Shown here piece by piece: positions 8,151-19,715 of a stretch of DNA of 64,000 nt. The position numbers and the translations under genes were made by a program. The stretch lies in the IMG/VR virus record IMGVR_UViG_3300032268_000694, positions 1 to 64,000 of that record. One strand, 5' to 3'. Source of the stretch: a virus. Below the pieces are notes generated by a model. It saw only the letters and a program-made list of their open reading frames with translations, was not told the DNA's origin and made no database searches. Within the stretch, counting starts at the first letter, position 1, and each line of letters opens with the position of its first letter.

Positions 8151-9974
8151 ATGACAAACGAAGATAAAAATATATCATACTTAAATAAAGATTTTGGCTC
8201 TTTTAAAGCAGAATTACAACAATATGCCAAAACCTATTTTCCTAACACATATAATGACTTTACAGAAGCTACACCAGGTAATTTGTTCATTGAAATGGCA
8301 TCTTACGTTGGTGATGTTATGTCATTTTATTTAGACACTCAAGTACAAGAAAATTTCTTATTATACGCTAAAGAAAAAGAAAATTTATATGCACAAGCAT
8401 ATGTAATGGGTTATCGCCCTAAAGCATCTTATGCTTCAAATACTACTGTTGACATATATCAATTAGTTCCTTCTATTACTAATGGTGGTATTACAACACC
8501 TAATTATACTACTTATGGAGTTATAGTTCCAACAAATACATCACTTACCTCAACAACAAACGGAACTAAATTTTTAACAACACAACAAGTAGATTTTACA
8601 GATACAGGTAGTACTGAAATTAGTTTTGTTAACTCTGAATATTATTTATTTAAAAAATCAGTTCCTGCTATATCAGCAGAAATAAAAGAAACTACAATTA
8701 ATGTTGGACAAAATCAAAAATTTGCTACTGCAGTTATTACTGATACTAATATATTACAAATATTAAATGTTACTGGAAGTGATAACAATCAATATTATGA
8801 AGTTCCTTATTTAGCCCAAACATCTATCTTTAAACCATTAGCTAATCCATCTTATAATACAGATCAAGTACCTTATTTATTACAATTACAAAGCACTCCT
8901 AGACGTTTTGTCTCTAGAATTTTATCAGATAATACTTTAGAATTAGAATTTGGAGCTGGATTATCTTCAAATAAAACCGATACTCAAATAATTCCAACTC
9001 CATCTAATATTCAAGCTGGTATTGTACCTGGTATTTCATTATTAACAAACAATTATAATGAAGCTGGTACTTTTTTTACCCAAGAATACGGTTTAGTACC
9101 TAATGGTGACTTAACAGTAAAATATTTAGTTGGTGGTAGTATTACATCAAATGTACCTGCTAATGATTTAACTACTATAGATACAACAGGTGTAACATTC
9201 CCAGGGGGTGGTGGAGCTTTAAATGCTACTGTATTGCAGAGTATAGTATCATCAAACCCAAATCCATCTTCGGGTGGAAGAAATGGTGATACTGTTGATG
9301 AAATTAGACAAAATGCTTTATATTCTTTTTCAACTCAATTAAGAGCTGTAACTAAAGATGATTATATAGTAAGAGCAATGTCAATGCCTGCTGATTATGG
9401 TACTGTAGCCAAAGCTTATATTTCACAGGATTTAAATAGTAATCCACAAGAAACAGTAGCTCATACTAATCCATTAAATCCATTAGCTTTAGATTTATAT
9501 ATTTTATCTTATAATAGTAATAAACAATTAACTACAGGATCTTTAACTTTAAAAGAAAACTTAGTAACATATCTTAATCAGTATAGAATGGTTACAGATG
9601 CTATTAATATTAAAGATGCTTATTATATTAATATCGGACTTAATTTTGATATTATTGTATTAAGTGGATATTCTAATAAAGATGTAATAACTAATTGTAT
9701 AACAGTATTAAAAGATCATTTTAATATAGATAAATGGCAGATAAACCAACCAATTACCTTATCAGATATACAATCAAAACTTTTACAAGTTAAAGGTGTA
9801 CAATCTGTTGTGAAATTAGAAATTATAAATAAACAAGGAGGAAATTATTCTCAATATGGATATGATATTGCTGGTGCTACCAAAAACGGAAATGTTTATC
9901 CTTCATTAGATCCAGCTGTATTTGAAATTAGATTCCCTGACGTTGATATACAAGGTAGAGTAGTAGTAAGTTAA
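8151..9974 (+). CDS. Baseplate wedge protein, gp6/BaseplateJ-like
   Basis: YLNKDF, FIEMASYVGDVMSFYLD, GGRNGDTVDEIR, RAVTKDDY motifs. Confidence 0.88.
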   Translation: MTNEDKNISYLNKDFGSFKAELQQYAKTYFPNTYNDFTEATPGNLFIEMASYVGDVMSFYLDTQVQENFLLYAKEKENLYAQAYVMGYRPKASYASNTTVDIYQLVPSITNGGITTPNYTTYGVIVPTNTSLTSTTNGTKFLTTQQVDFTDTGSTEISFVNSEYYLFKKSVPAISAEIKETTINVGQNQKFATAVITDTNILQILNVTGSDNNQYYEVPYLAQTSIFKPLANPSYNTDQVPYLLQLQSTPRRFVSRILSDNTLELEFGAGLSSNKTDTQIIPTPSNIQAGIVPGISLLTNNYNEAGTFFTQEYGLVPNGDLTVKYLVGGSITSNVPANDLTTIDTTGVTFPGGGGALNATVLQSIVSSNPNPSSGGRNGDTVDEIRQNALYSFSTQLRAVTKDDYIVRAMSMPADYGTVAKAYISQDLNSNPQETVAHTNPLNPLALDLYILSYNSNKQLTTGSLTLKENLVTYLNQYRMVTDAINIKDAYYINIGLNFDIIVLSGYSNKDVITNCITVLKDHFNIDKWQINQPITLSDIQSKLLQVKGVQSVVKLEIINKQGGNYSQYGYDIAGATKNGNVYPSLDPAVFEIRFPDVDIQGRVVVS

Positions 9975-9993
9975 AAATTAAAAATAATAAAGC

Positions 9994-10593
9994 ATGAATT
10001 TAGACAAATTAAAAGGACACATCCCAGACAAAGTAATTATCCAAATCCCAGGAGTAATGGAAAAATTCCAAATAAATACTCCACTACGTTTAGCACACTT
10101 TTTAGCCCAATGTGGTCATGAATCCGGTGGTTTTCGTTTAACTAAAGAAAACTTAAACTATAGTGCTAAGGGTTTAACAGGTACATTTAAAAAATATTTT
10201 CCAACTGAAGCATCAGCTACTGCTTACGCTAGACAACCTGAAAAAATTGCCAATAAAGTGTATGGTAATAGAATGGGTAATGGTCCTGAAGCATCAGGAG
10301 AAGGTGCTAAATTCTGCGGTCGTGGTTATATTCAATTAACCGGTAAAGATAACTACACAGCATTTGGTAAATCTATTAATGAAGATTTAACTAAAGACCC
10401 AACATCCGTAGCAGATAAATACGCTTTACTATCAGCTGCATGGTTCTTTAGTAAAAATGGCTTACATAAATTAGCAGATGGTGGTGCAACTGACGCCGTT
10501 GTTACACAAATTACTAAACGTGTTAATGGTGGTACTATTGGTTTAGCTGATAGAATCAAACATTTTAAAGAATATCACGCATTATTAGCATAA
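9994..10593 (+). CDS. Endolysin, glycoside hydrolase family 19
   Basis: AHFLAQCGHESGGF, ENLNYS, GRGYIQLTGKDNY, ITKRVNGGTIGLADR. Confidence 0.92.
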   Translation: MNLDKLKGHIPDKVIIQIPGVMEKFQINTPLRLAHFLAQCGHESGGFRLTKENLNYSAKGLTGTFKKYFPTEASATAYARQPEKIANKVYGNRMGNGPEASGEGAKFCGRGYIQLTGKDNYTAFGKSINEDLTKDPTSVADKYALLSAAWFFSKNGLHKLADGGATDAVVTQITKRVNGGTIGLADRIKHFKEYHALLA

Positions 10594-10636
10594 CAAAATT
10601 ATATACTGCCATATTTATATGTAGTAATTACTAATT

Positions 10637-11734
10637 ATGGCGGTATATAAAATTTTTCCTGAAAAAAGTGCTACTATATATTCATTTTACCCAACACTAA
10701 ACACGGGTATTGATGAAATATTAGAAATTAGTACTTTTCAATCCATTGATGGGGGTAGTGAAGTATCACGTGCCCTAATTAAATTTCCATCTGATCAAAT
10801 AAACGATGTAATTCTTAATAAAGTATCTGGTAGTACATATGATACTTATCTTAAAGGATATTTAGCTAACGCTTCAGAAATTCCTTTAAATTACACTTTA
10901 TTTTCTTTCCCATTAGCTGCTGATTGGAATCAAGGTACAGGAAGATTAGGTAATGTCCCTACAACAACAGATGGTGTTAGTTGGAAATACACAGATCAAT
11001 CAGGAAGCACAGCATGGACTGCTGGTAGTTTTCCTGGTGGTGTAACAGGATCTTATACTGGGTCAAATGTGGGTGGTGGTACTTGGTTAACTAATGTTAA
11101 CTATGCTTCATCTCAATCATTTACTAATATTTCAACAAAAGACATTGAGATAAAAGTAACTAATACTGTTGCAGCTTGGTATGGTAATACAATATCTAAC
11201 AATGGTTTTATTTTAAAACATTCATCATCTTTAGAATTTACGACTGCTTCTAAATTTGAAACTAAATACTTCTCAGCAAATACTCATACTATTTATCCTC
11301 CATATTTGGAAGTTAGATGGAATGATTTTTCATATAGCACAGGTTCATTAACAGTAGTTACATCTAGTTATTTTACACCAGTTATAAATAATAACAAAGA
11401 AGAATACCAACAAGACTCAATTCAACGCTTCAGAGTTGCTGTTAGAGGTTTATATGCTCCAACTGCATTTAGAACCCTATTAAGTTATGGTAACACATAT
11501 GCTTTACCTACTTCTTCATATTGGTCAATAAAAGATTTGGATACTGAAGAAATGGTCGTAGATTACGATACGTCATATACTAAAATTAGTTGTGATAGTG
11601 TTAGTAATTATTTTGATGTATACATGAATGGCCTAGAACCAGAACGTTACTATAAATTACTTATTAAAACTATTCTTCCAACTAAGGAGGTAATAGTAAA
11701 CGATAAAGATTACATTTTTAAAGTTGTAAGATAA
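10637..11734 (+). CDS. Virion structural protein (DNRLRE-like beta domain)
   Basis: SRALIKF, W..G.G, NNGFILK and PPYLEVRW motifs; late motif; baseplate context. Confidence 0.6.
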   Translation: MAVYKIFPEKSATIYSFYPTLNTGIDEILEISTFQSIDGGSEVSRALIKFPSDQINDVILNKVSGSTYDTYLKGYLANASEIPLNYTLFSFPLAADWNQGTGRLGNVPTTTDGVSWKYTDQSGSTAWTAGSFPGGVTGSYTGSNVGGGTWLTNVNYASSQSFTNISTKDIEIKVTNTVAAWYGNTISNNGFILKHSSSLEFTTASKFETKYFSANTHTIYPPYLEVRWNDFSYSTGSLTVVTSSYFTPVINNNKEEYQQDSIQRFRVAVRGLYAPTAFRTLLSYGNTYALPTSSYWSIKDLDTEEMVVDYDTSYTKISCDSVSNYFDVYMNGLEPERYYKLLIKTILPTKEVIVNDKDYIFKVVR

Positions 11735-12066
11735 TGTCTCAAATCCCAGTACAGAAAACTGTATTTAATAAAGATAGTTTTGGTAGATTAATTAACACTC
11801 AATTTAGCCAATTACTAAATCAAACTGTAGAAGAAACTAATACTTTTACAGTAGATGATTTCTTTCAATTATATGAAGATTTATTTTATCAAATTCCTAA
11901 AGAAGGAGATACTAATTCTCATAGATATATTTTACAACGTGAAGCTGATTATTTAGGTGTTAGCATCAGTCAAGATGATATTCAAGCATTATTAAATGAA
12001 ATTACATCATTAAGACAACAGGTACTTGAATCACAACAAACAATAAACGAATTGACTAAGAAATAA
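11734..12066 (+). CDS. Small baseplate-region protein
   Basis: Translationally coupled (TAATG); C-terminal coiled coil. Confidence 0.7.
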   Translation: MSQIPVQKTVFNKDSFGRLINTQFSQLLNQTVEETNTFTVDDFFQLYEDLFYQIPKEGDTNSHRYILQREADYLGVSISQDDIQALLNEITSLRQQVLESQQTINELTKK

Positions 12067-15000
12067 TGGCAGATAATATTAAAATAATAGGCAATATATT
12101 AAATGAACAGCAGGTACCTCGTTATGATACTGCTGATACTAATTTACTTACTACTCAAACAATCCAAAAAGATTTTGGTTTAGTTAATGATTATATTGAA
12201 TATTTTGTTTATGATGGTGGTGAGAATTTATTAAATACAAACTATACTTATAGGGATTTTAAATCACCAAATACATCATACGTTAATCCAAAAACCAAAG
12301 GATTACCCATTATTGAAATTGATCCTGTTAAGGATTTACAAAATTTAGGATACACATCAGGTGAATTTAAAGTTCAATATAATCTATTTACTAATAAAAT
12401 TTCAAATCCTGATGCTGAGTTATTCTTAAAAGAAATATCAGCAGATAGAACTGAATTAAGGGTAGGATCTACTATTTTAACTAATGTACAAATTGAAAGT
12501 GGATCCTTAGAACTTATAAACGAGTATACTAATTCTTCTTACTTTGTAGATTATCTTTTAAATTTTAGTAATAATATTCAAGCAGTAGTTGTAAACGTTG
12601 CTTTAAATAAGGTAGAAAGTGGTTATGAAATATTATTTAAATTATACCAACCACTACCAGACGACATTCAAGAAAAAAGTACATTGTGGGTAGTACAGGA
12701 AAAATCAAATCCTTACTCTTTTGATATTAATTTAGATACATTAATAATACAAGCTCCTGGTCCTAAACTAAGGGGTCCTAATTTTAATATTGATATTCCA
12801 AATCAAAATAACATTGCTACATCATACCAAACATATACTAATTTAATTGATAGCGTTCAAAACGTATCTACATCTTCATATCAACAACTATTAAGTTTAA
12901 TTACATCACAAAATATTGATATAAATGTAGACTACACTGGTTTTACAAATTTTGTATTTTTTAGTTCTGCTAAACAGAGGGTTATTAATTTTTATGGTAA
13001 AATAAAAAAAATAGAAGATTATAAAACAAATATAGCTAAATATGCTGTATCTTCTTCTATATTCCCCAGCATGATTGCTGAATCAAATTTAGCAACAGCT
13101 AGTATTAATACCATTATAGCTCAGTTTGATGGATATGAACAATACTTATATTTTGAATCAAGTTCATATACATGGCCAAAAACAACTACTACTATTCCTT
13201 ACGTTTTAGCATCAACATCATCTGCTCAAACATGGTATAATGCTCTTACAGGTAGCGGTGAAAGTTATGATGATGATAATCAAAATAATTTAATATTTAC
13301 TTTACCTTCATTTATTAAAGATGATGATGATAATGACCCTTATATCACATTTCTTAATATGGTTGGTCATTATTTTGATAATATTTGGATTTTCTTACAA
13401 GCAGTAACTGATATTAATCTAGCAAATAACAACCTAGAAAAAGGCGTTTCTAAAGATTTAGTATATTACGTATTACAATCATTAGGAGTTAAATTATATA
13501 ATCAATACGGTAATTCAGACAATACTAATTTTTTAATTGGTACTAGTGGTAGTTCTAATTGGGACAATAATTTCACCTCTACTGGTTCCTATTTAAACGC
13601 TTTACCACGTAAAGATTTACTTGCTGAATCTTATAAACGTATTTATCATAACTTACCTTTGTTACTAAAAACAAAAGGTACAGCTTATGGTTTACAAACA
13701 TTAGTATCTACTTTTGGTATTACTGGTAGTGTATTACAAGTAAAAGAATATGGTGGTGATATCAAATCAGGATTATTAGATGAATTTAATAATGATAAAA
13801 TTAGAATTATATCTAGTAGTATAGTAAGTGGAAGTGTGTTATCTCCATTTATCAGTTTACAACAACAACCTACATCATCTACTCAATTTAGAACAAATGA
13901 TTTACACTATGTAGATATATCGTTTTCACCACAAGATAAGATTGATATATTTACTTCTGCTTCTATTGCTGCTTCAGCAAGCGCTACTTGGAGTTTAGAT
14001 AATTTTATTGGTGATCCTAGATATCAATATACTAATTCTTATCCTACACTTGTTACTGAAAAAAATACTTATTTATCTCCATTATCTGCTTCTATAGTAC
14101 CATATACTGGTTCTTCAGCTAGTGGATCTATTGGTGCAACTGATTATAATAGTTTTATTCGCTTAATTCAGTTTTTTGATAATTCATTATTTAAAATGTT
14201 GAAAGATTATGTTCCTGCAAGAGCTAATTTATCAACAGGTATTACTATTAGTTCTCCAATTTTAGAAAGAAATAAATGGGTTTTTGCAAATCCATCTTCT
14301 ACCTCTAAAATAGAAGTTGAAGAAGGAACTATTAATGGACCTTCTATTCAAACAGAATATACTGATCTCTATCAGGGTATTAATTATAATAACAAAGTAG
14401 CTTATTATGATGGTAATTTAACAGGAAGTGGAATTAATGTTCATAATTACTTTGCTAGTGGAAATATTAATCCTTATCTACAACCAACATCAAGCTTAAG
14501 TTCAGGTGATTTATATATATTTAATCATTCTGATTATAATGTGATGTTAAACAATGTTTCTAAAAGTTTAACGTCAAATAACAGACAAAATATTGAATAT
14601 ATTTTTGGAACAACACAAAGTATTTTATCACCAGTTGAATTACAGGATTCATATGAGTCTTTAAAAACACATCAATTATCAAGATATGATGGTATTAAAA
14701 TATCTAGTTTAGAATATAATAATTATAATGATGGAGATATATCATTTGGTAAAACAGCAACAATAGATAAAAACGTAAGTAAAATAGGTTTATTTTCTGA
14801 GGTAACAGAAAATATATATTTACCAAGACGTAATAATGCTATATTAAAATATTTAGTAGATATTGATGGTAATTTAACTGAACTTAATCTTCGTAATACA
14901 CATTGGGAAGAAGTTCAAAATACCTTTATAGCTGGAGATACAGGAAGTATTTCTCAATTTAATAGCCAATTATACTCTAATCAAAAACCTACTGATGGTG

Positions 15001-16439
15001 AAAAAATAATATTTGATAGTGGGTATACTTATTCTCCACTATTGTATTTTCCTTCTTGTAGTGTGCTTGGTTCTAATAGTATTTCGTTTCAAAACCAAAA
15101 AAACATATCCGCTTACTTAGCAACTGCTCAAAATTTAAGTTCATCTTATTTTGTAAGTGGAAGTACACCATTGGGATACCCAGTAACAATGAGTGCTGGT
15201 ATTGGAGGGACAAATGCTATTGTTAATATATTTAATTATCCAATAGATACACCATCTACCTATTTCAAACCAGGAGCATTAAATAGCCCACCAGCATATA
15301 CATCCTCAGAAACAGGACAATATAAAGTAAATGCTTCTATGGATATGAGTATTACTATGGCTTCTGGTAGTCATGCTACCTGGAGTTTAGAAATGTATAA
15401 AAATGGAGTATTTGAAGCTAGTTCATCACAACAAGCATTTTTTGGAAATATAACAGCTGACTGTAACTATTATACAGTTGTAAATACCTCAGACAACTTT
15501 TATGTTATTACATATACAGCTTGTAATGATGGAACAATATCGTATATAAATTTAGGTCCTTTTGATACAGTATCAGTTCCTTGTTCTAGAACTTATCCTG
15601 TTACAAGATATAGTGGTGGTGATAATGATGGAGGTATTGCAGGTCCTGAAGTAAACACAACTACTAACCCAGTTTGTGGTACATATACTATTCCGGGCAG
15701 TACTACTCAAAATCTAAACTTTAATATTGATAGAGGAACTAATAATTTTAATTATGTTTCTCTTACAAATACCCAGAAATTAACATTCCAATTAAGACTA
15801 TTAGGTATAAGTGATTTTAATAATTATACTGCTTCTCTTAATACTGGTAATTTATCTATTGGGTCATTAGCACTAAGCACAGGATATTCAGTTGTCAACT
15901 GCCCCTTTGTAGATACATCTTCAGCTGCAACATCATCAATTACATTTTCTTCTGAGGTATCTAGTTTTTACAATAGAGGATATGTATTTTCACCTAACCC
16001 AACATCTGGTTCTCAGAGCGGGTTATATGGTCTTTATAAAGATGTAGACTATACCTTTGACCCTAAAGAAAATGATGTAGTTATTTTATATTTATCTGAC
16101 AACAGTATATTAGAATATACTATTAATAGAGTTAGTGTAAACCCATCTACAAATAAATTAACATTACATCTTAATAATGATTTGTCTCAAACAGCAATAA
16201 CTAATTTAAATAATGGTACTTATAAAAGATTTTTATTATTATCAAGACAAAAAGACGAAACTAACGTTATATTAAACTTTATTAAACGTGAAGGTAAATC
16301 ATCAAATGGATTCTTAATACCTAAAAATATCAGTCAAACCGTATTGAATAATATTGATGTGATAACTAAAGAAGTAAAGCAAAAAATACTTGGAGACCAA
16401 CCAATAATTAACGATATTCAAGGTGGAACTTTCCCTTAA
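12066..16439 (+). CDS. Large baseplate wedge/structural protein (gp7-like)
   Basis: 1457 aa; YKRIYHNLPLLLKTKGT motif typical of wedge proteins; Ser/Thr-rich; variable Cys-containing insert at about 15440-15700. Confidence 0.65.
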   Translation: MADNIKIIGNILNEQQVPRYDTADTNLLTTQTIQKDFGLVNDYIEYFVYDGGENLLNTNYTYRDFKSPNTSYVNPKTKGLPIIEIDPVKDLQNLGYTSGEFKVQYNLFTNKISNPDAELFLKEISADRTELRVGSTILTNVQIESGSLELINEYTNSSYFVDYLLNFSNNIQAVVVNVALNKVESGYEILFKLYQPLPDDIQEKSTLWVVQEKSNPYSFDINLDTLIIQAPGPKLRGPNFNIDIPNQNNIATSYQTYTNLIDSVQNVSTSSYQQLLSLITSQNIDINVDYTGFTNFVFFSSAKQRVINFYGKIKKIEDYKTNIAKYAVSSSIFPSMIAESNLATASINTIIAQFDGYEQYLYFESSSYTWPKTTTTIPYVLASTSSAQTWYNALTGSGESYDDDNQNNLIFTLPSFIKDDDDNDPYITFLNMVGHYFDNIWIFLQAVTDINLANNNLEKGVSKDLVYYVLQSLGVKLYNQYGNSDNTNFLIGTSGSSNWDNNFTSTGSYLNALPRKDLLAESYKRIYHNLPLLLKTKGTAYGLQTLVSTFGITGSVLQVKEYGGDIKSGLLDEFNNDKIRIISSSIVSGSVLSPFISLQQQPTSSTQFRTNDLHYVDISFSPQDKIDIFTSASIAASASATWSLDNFIGDPRYQYTNSYPTLVTEKNTYLSPLSASIVPYTGSSASGSIGATDYNSFIRLIQFFDNSLFKMLKDYVPARANLSTGITISSPILERNKWVFANPSSTSKIEVEEGTINGPSIQTEYTDLYQGINYNNKVAYYDGNLTGSGINVHNYFASGNINPYLQPTSSLSSGDLYIFNHSDYNVMLNNVSKSLTSNNRQNIEYIFGTTQSILSPVELQDSYESLKTHQLSRYDGIKISSLEYNNYNDGDISFGKTATIDKNVSKIGLFSEVTENIYLPRRNNAILKYLVDIDGNLTELNLRNTHWEEVQNTFIAGDTGSISQFNSQLYSNQKPTDGEKIIFDSGYTYSPLLYFPSCSVLGSNSISFQNQKNISAYLATAQNLSSSYFVSGSTPLGYPVTMSAGIGGTNAIVNIFNYPIDTPSTYFKPGALNSPPAYTSSETGQYKVNASMDMSITMASGSHATWSLEMYKNGVFEASSSQQAFFGNITADCNYYTVVNTSDNFYVITYTACNDGTISYINLGPFDTVSVPCSRTYPVTRYSGGDNDGGIAGPEVNTTTNPVCGTYTIPGSTTQNLNFNIDRGTNNFNYVSLTNTQKLTFQLRLLGISDFNNYTASLNTGNLSIGSLALSTGYSVVNCPFVDTSSAATSSITFSSEVSSFYNRGYVFSPNPTSGSQSGLYGLYKDVDYTFDPKENDVVILYLSDNSILEYTINRVSVNPSTNKLTLHLNNDLSQTAITNLNNGTYKRFLLLSRQKDETNVILNFIKREGKSSNGFLIPKNISQTVLNNIDVITKEVKQKILGDQPIINDIQGGTFP

Positions 16440-16500
16440 TAGTTCCTAATAATAAAATTTTAATTTAACATATTTATTAGTATATACAACATAAAGAATT

Positions 16501-17163
16501 ATGGCAATTTTAAATCCTACAACAGTAACTGTAGATGCAATATTAACCACGAAGGGCCGCGAATTATTGGCTCGTAACGATGGTTCATTTCAAATTACTC
16601 AATTCGCATTAGCTGATGATGAGATTGATTATACTTTATATAATCCTAATCACCCGTCAGGGTCTGCGTTCTATGGTGAAGCGATTGAAAAAACTCCTGT
16701 ATTAGAAGCTTTCCCTAATGAATCACAAATTATGCGTTACAAATTAGTAACTTTACCTCGTGGTACATCTAAATTACCAGTTATTAACCTTGGATATAAT
16801 ACAATTATATTACGCCAGGGTGCTTCATTAACAATTACTCCACAAACCTTAAATTATTTAGGTTCTACAAGTACATTTGAAGCAAATGGTTACACAGCTA
16901 CAATTGCTGACTCTCGTTTAGTATCTTCATTTACAGGTACAGGTATTACTTCAGCAACTCCTCCTGCAGGATTAAACACAACTACAGGAACTGTATTATC
17001 AGTAACTCAAATTGGTACTTCATTCACATTAACAGGTACAACAATTAATACATTATTTGGTTCTACTTTAACATCATTATCAACTACAATTACTGTAATT
17101 GGTAGAGATAGTGGTGCAAGAGTTACTATTCCTCTTAATATTCAAAAAGTATCAACAATCTAA
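16501..17163 (+). CDS. Baseplate/tail structural protein
   Basis: DAILTTKGRELLA...FQITQFALADDEIDY motif of fibre/baseplate N-terminal domains. Confidence 0.65.
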   Translation: MAILNPTTVTVDAILTTKGRELLARNDGSFQITQFALADDEIDYTLYNPNHPSGSAFYGEAIEKTPVLEAFPNESQIMRYKLVTLPRGTSKLPVINLGYNTIILRQGASLTITPQTLNYLGSTSTFEANGYTATIADSRLVSSFTGTGITSATPPAGLNTTTGTVLSVTQIGTSFTLTGTTINTLFGSTLTSLSTTITVIGRDSGARVTIPLNIQKVSTI

Positions 17164-17171
17164 TTTAACAT

Positions 17172-18173
17172 ATGTCATTCTCAAGATATAACACCGAAGA
17201 TTCAGTAATCAGCTCAGAAACCGTAGTACGTGGTTTATGGAGTGGAGATGCTAATAGTTTATCTACTTTTTTTACTCAAAGCGGATACACTGAATATTAT
17301 TTAGACGTATATAACCAAGACCCTACAACATCTGGTTCTTCAGTACAATTTTCAATCCAATATGGTAATTTAAATGGATCTGGATCTAATTTAATAAATT
17401 CAGGTATACCAAATGGGGGTTATACTCCATCTCGTGTAGTATATGGTGAATATAGAAATTTAGTTTTTGGAACTGAAACCCAAAACTTTAGCTTTGATAA
17501 TGGTACAACAACAGCAAAAGATATATTTGTAGTTAATGTTGCTCGTTCTCGTTATAAAGAATCTTTATTACCTGGTTCATTTAATTTAACTTTAAAAAGC
17601 GGTAGTAGTGTTATTTCATTAACTGATGATAGTGGAACTACAAGTTTAACTCGCTTTATTGGTGAAAATAAAGTATTCTATATTATTAGTGGAAGTAATG
17701 GTAATGCATATACTGCCGCTGCTTCATCTTCATACTATGGAATGATGTTTCCTGATCTTGATTTAGTTATATTAAACGCAACAGCTTCATCAACAGTATC
17801 TTTAACTAGTGTATTTGCCCCGTTAACATCTGCTACTTCATCAGTACAAAACAATCATTTAAAATTATTTAATTCTATTGTTACTGGATCTGCAACAGGT
17901 AGCTTTCAATTAAAATCATCAGAAACAGTATCTTCACGTTATTTCTTTACAAGAGTAAAAAATAGTGAATTTAACTATACTTCAAACCCATCTATTATAG
18001 ATGAAAATGGTAACTTATTATATACAACTTTAATTAATAATCCTCAAACATACGTTACTACAGTAGGTATGTATAATGATAATAATGAGTTATTAGCAGT
18101 AGCTAAGTTAAGTAAACCATTAACTAAGGACTTTACTAAAGAAGCTCTAATTAGAATCAAACTAGACTATTAA
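17172..18173 (+). CDS. Baseplate/tail structural protein
   Basis: C-terminal YVTTVGMYNDNNELLAVAKLSKP motif (fibre-collar/baseplate type). Confidence 0.65.
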   Translation: MSFSRYNTEDSVISSETVVRGLWSGDANSLSTFFTQSGYTEYYLDVYNQDPTTSGSSVQFSIQYGNLNGSGSNLINSGIPNGGYTPSRVVYGEYRNLVFGTETQNFSFDNGTTTAKDIFVVNVARSRYKESLLPGSFNLTLKSGSSVISLTDDSGTTSLTRFIGENKVFYIISGSNGNAYTAAASSSYYGMMFPDLDLVILNATASSTVSLTSVFAPLTSATSSVQNNHLKLFNSIVTGSATGSFQLKSSETVSSRYFFTRVKNSEFNYTSNPSIIDENGNLLYTTLINNPQTYVTTVGMYNDNNELLAVAKLSKPLTKDFTKEALIRIKLDY

Positions 18174-18176
18174 TGC

Positions 18177-19673
18177 ATGTCTTCATTCAAAAAGTTAAGC
18201 AAATCAGACGTTACAGTAGTACCTTACAATGCTAACAAGCAATGGTTGTTAGACTACTGCCCTTATCCTACATCATCTGATCATTTAACTATTTATAAAG
18301 GCACAAATGTTACTGGTAGTTTTTCTTTAGACGATGATCCTGTTACTGAAAATCAATATGAAAGATTAGTTTACTCTCAAATTAATCAGTTATTTTATCA
18401 AGAATATACTACCTCCCTAGATACTAGTTCGTTAATGCTTTCACTTAACAACTACGAATCTGCATCTCAACAAAGACCAACTTCATCTTATTTCATATAC
18501 AACGACAGTAAGAATTTAATTACTTCCTTTCCTACAGGCTCTATGGAAGGAATTCGTGTATTAGCTGTTAATCAAGACATTTATGGTAATAAAGTATTAC
18601 CAAATCACTTTATTTTATCTTCATCTGCTTACTATGTAACTGATGATGGTTTTGGTAATTTATATGATACAAAATCCACAAAAAAGCATATTGGAAATAT
18701 GTTTTATGCTCACGGGTTAGGTATCATAACAGATCCAGATTATCAATTAATGTTTCCATTACCACCTTTAGCTAAAAATGATATTGCTTATTTTCTAGAT
18801 ACTGATTCTCCTAAAACTATCTTTCCATTAAATAATGACGATCCTAGAGGAGGAACATTAGTACCTAGTACTTTAACTTTATCTGGCAGTGCAGCTGATT
18901 TAGCATTTTGGACTAATAATGGTAATGGAACTGTTACCTTAAATTCATCAGTTGTTGGAACATATGTAATTTACTATACTGTAGAATCTAGTTATAGTTG
19001 TGGTAACATTCCAAGTAATAAAGGTAAAATAGCAGTAAATGTAAGTATAACATTAGTACAACCCACAACTAGTACAACTACAACCACCACAACACTAGCA
19101 CCAACAACTAGTACAACTACAACCACCACAACACTAGCACCAACAACAACTACAACAACAACAACAACTACAACAACAACGGAGCCACCAACAACCACTA
19201 CAACTACTAGTACTACTACAACAACTACTACGGCACCACCAACCACAACTACTAGTACAACTACAACTACAACAACTGAGGCGCCAACACAATTGATAAT
19301 AACTTACGCGGCCAATGGTGCTAATATAAGGTTAGAAGCAAATGCGTTAGCAACATTAACTGAAACCATTGAGTTCCAAGTTATTAAGTCAGAAAGCCAT
19401 ACCTATGATTCTGCTAATTGTAGTACAGGAGAAACAATACCAAATAATTTAAACACAACGCAAATAGCTACAATTGCTTCTGGTACTACATTTGGTGCAA
19501 GTGCAGATATAACAGCAATAGGTACACTACAATCTACTAAAATAGATTCAGTAACAATAGTTTGGTCAGATACAACATCAATTTTTGTATCTAGTAATAA
19601 TACTATTATTACATCACCAATAACAGGAAAGAATTATAAAGTAACTAATGTTGATATGTGTACTCCTCTTTAA
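18177..19673 (+). CDS. Virion protein: paralog N-half + Ig/cadherin-like domain + mucin-like Thr stalk + C-terminal beta domain
   Basis: N-half aligns by eye with the 17172 gene; PPLAKND...IFPLNNDD.RGG resembles Big_9/cadherin-like repeats; about 75-aa poly-Thr/Pro tract. Confidence 0.7.
   Translation: MSSFKKLSKSDVTVVPYNANKQWLLDYCPYPTSSDHLTIYKGTNVTGSFSLDDDPVTENQYERLVYSQINQLFYQEYTTSLDTSSLMLSLNNYESASQQRPTSSYFIYNDSKNLITSFPTGSMEGIRVLAVNQDIYGNKVLPNHFILSSSAYYVTDDGFGNLYDTKSTKKHIGNMFYAHGLGIITDPDYQLMFPLPPLAKNDIAYFLDTDSPKTIFPLNNDDPRGGTLVPSTLTLSGSAADLAFWTNNGNGTVTLNSSVVGTYVIYYTVESSYSCGNIPSNKGKIAVNVSITLVQPTTSTTTTTTTLAPTTSTTTTTTTLAPTTTTTTTTTTTTTEPPTTTTTTSTTTTTTTAPPTTTTSTTTTTTTEAPTQLIITYAANGANIRLEANALATLTETIEFQVIKSESHTYDSANCSTGETIPNNLNTTQIATIASGTTFGASADITAIGTLQSTKIDSVTIVWSDTTSIFVSSNNTIITSPITGKNYKVTNVDMCTPL
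19062..19290 (+). repeat. Coding Thr-rich tandem repeat (ACN-rich VNTR)
   Basis: Perfect 39-bp duplication at 19065-19103 and 19104-19142, then degenerate PTTTTT units. Confidence 0.92.
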
Positions 19674-19715
19674 TAAAGAATTTGGAGTTATAAATTAAGA
19701 TAATTATATTAGGTT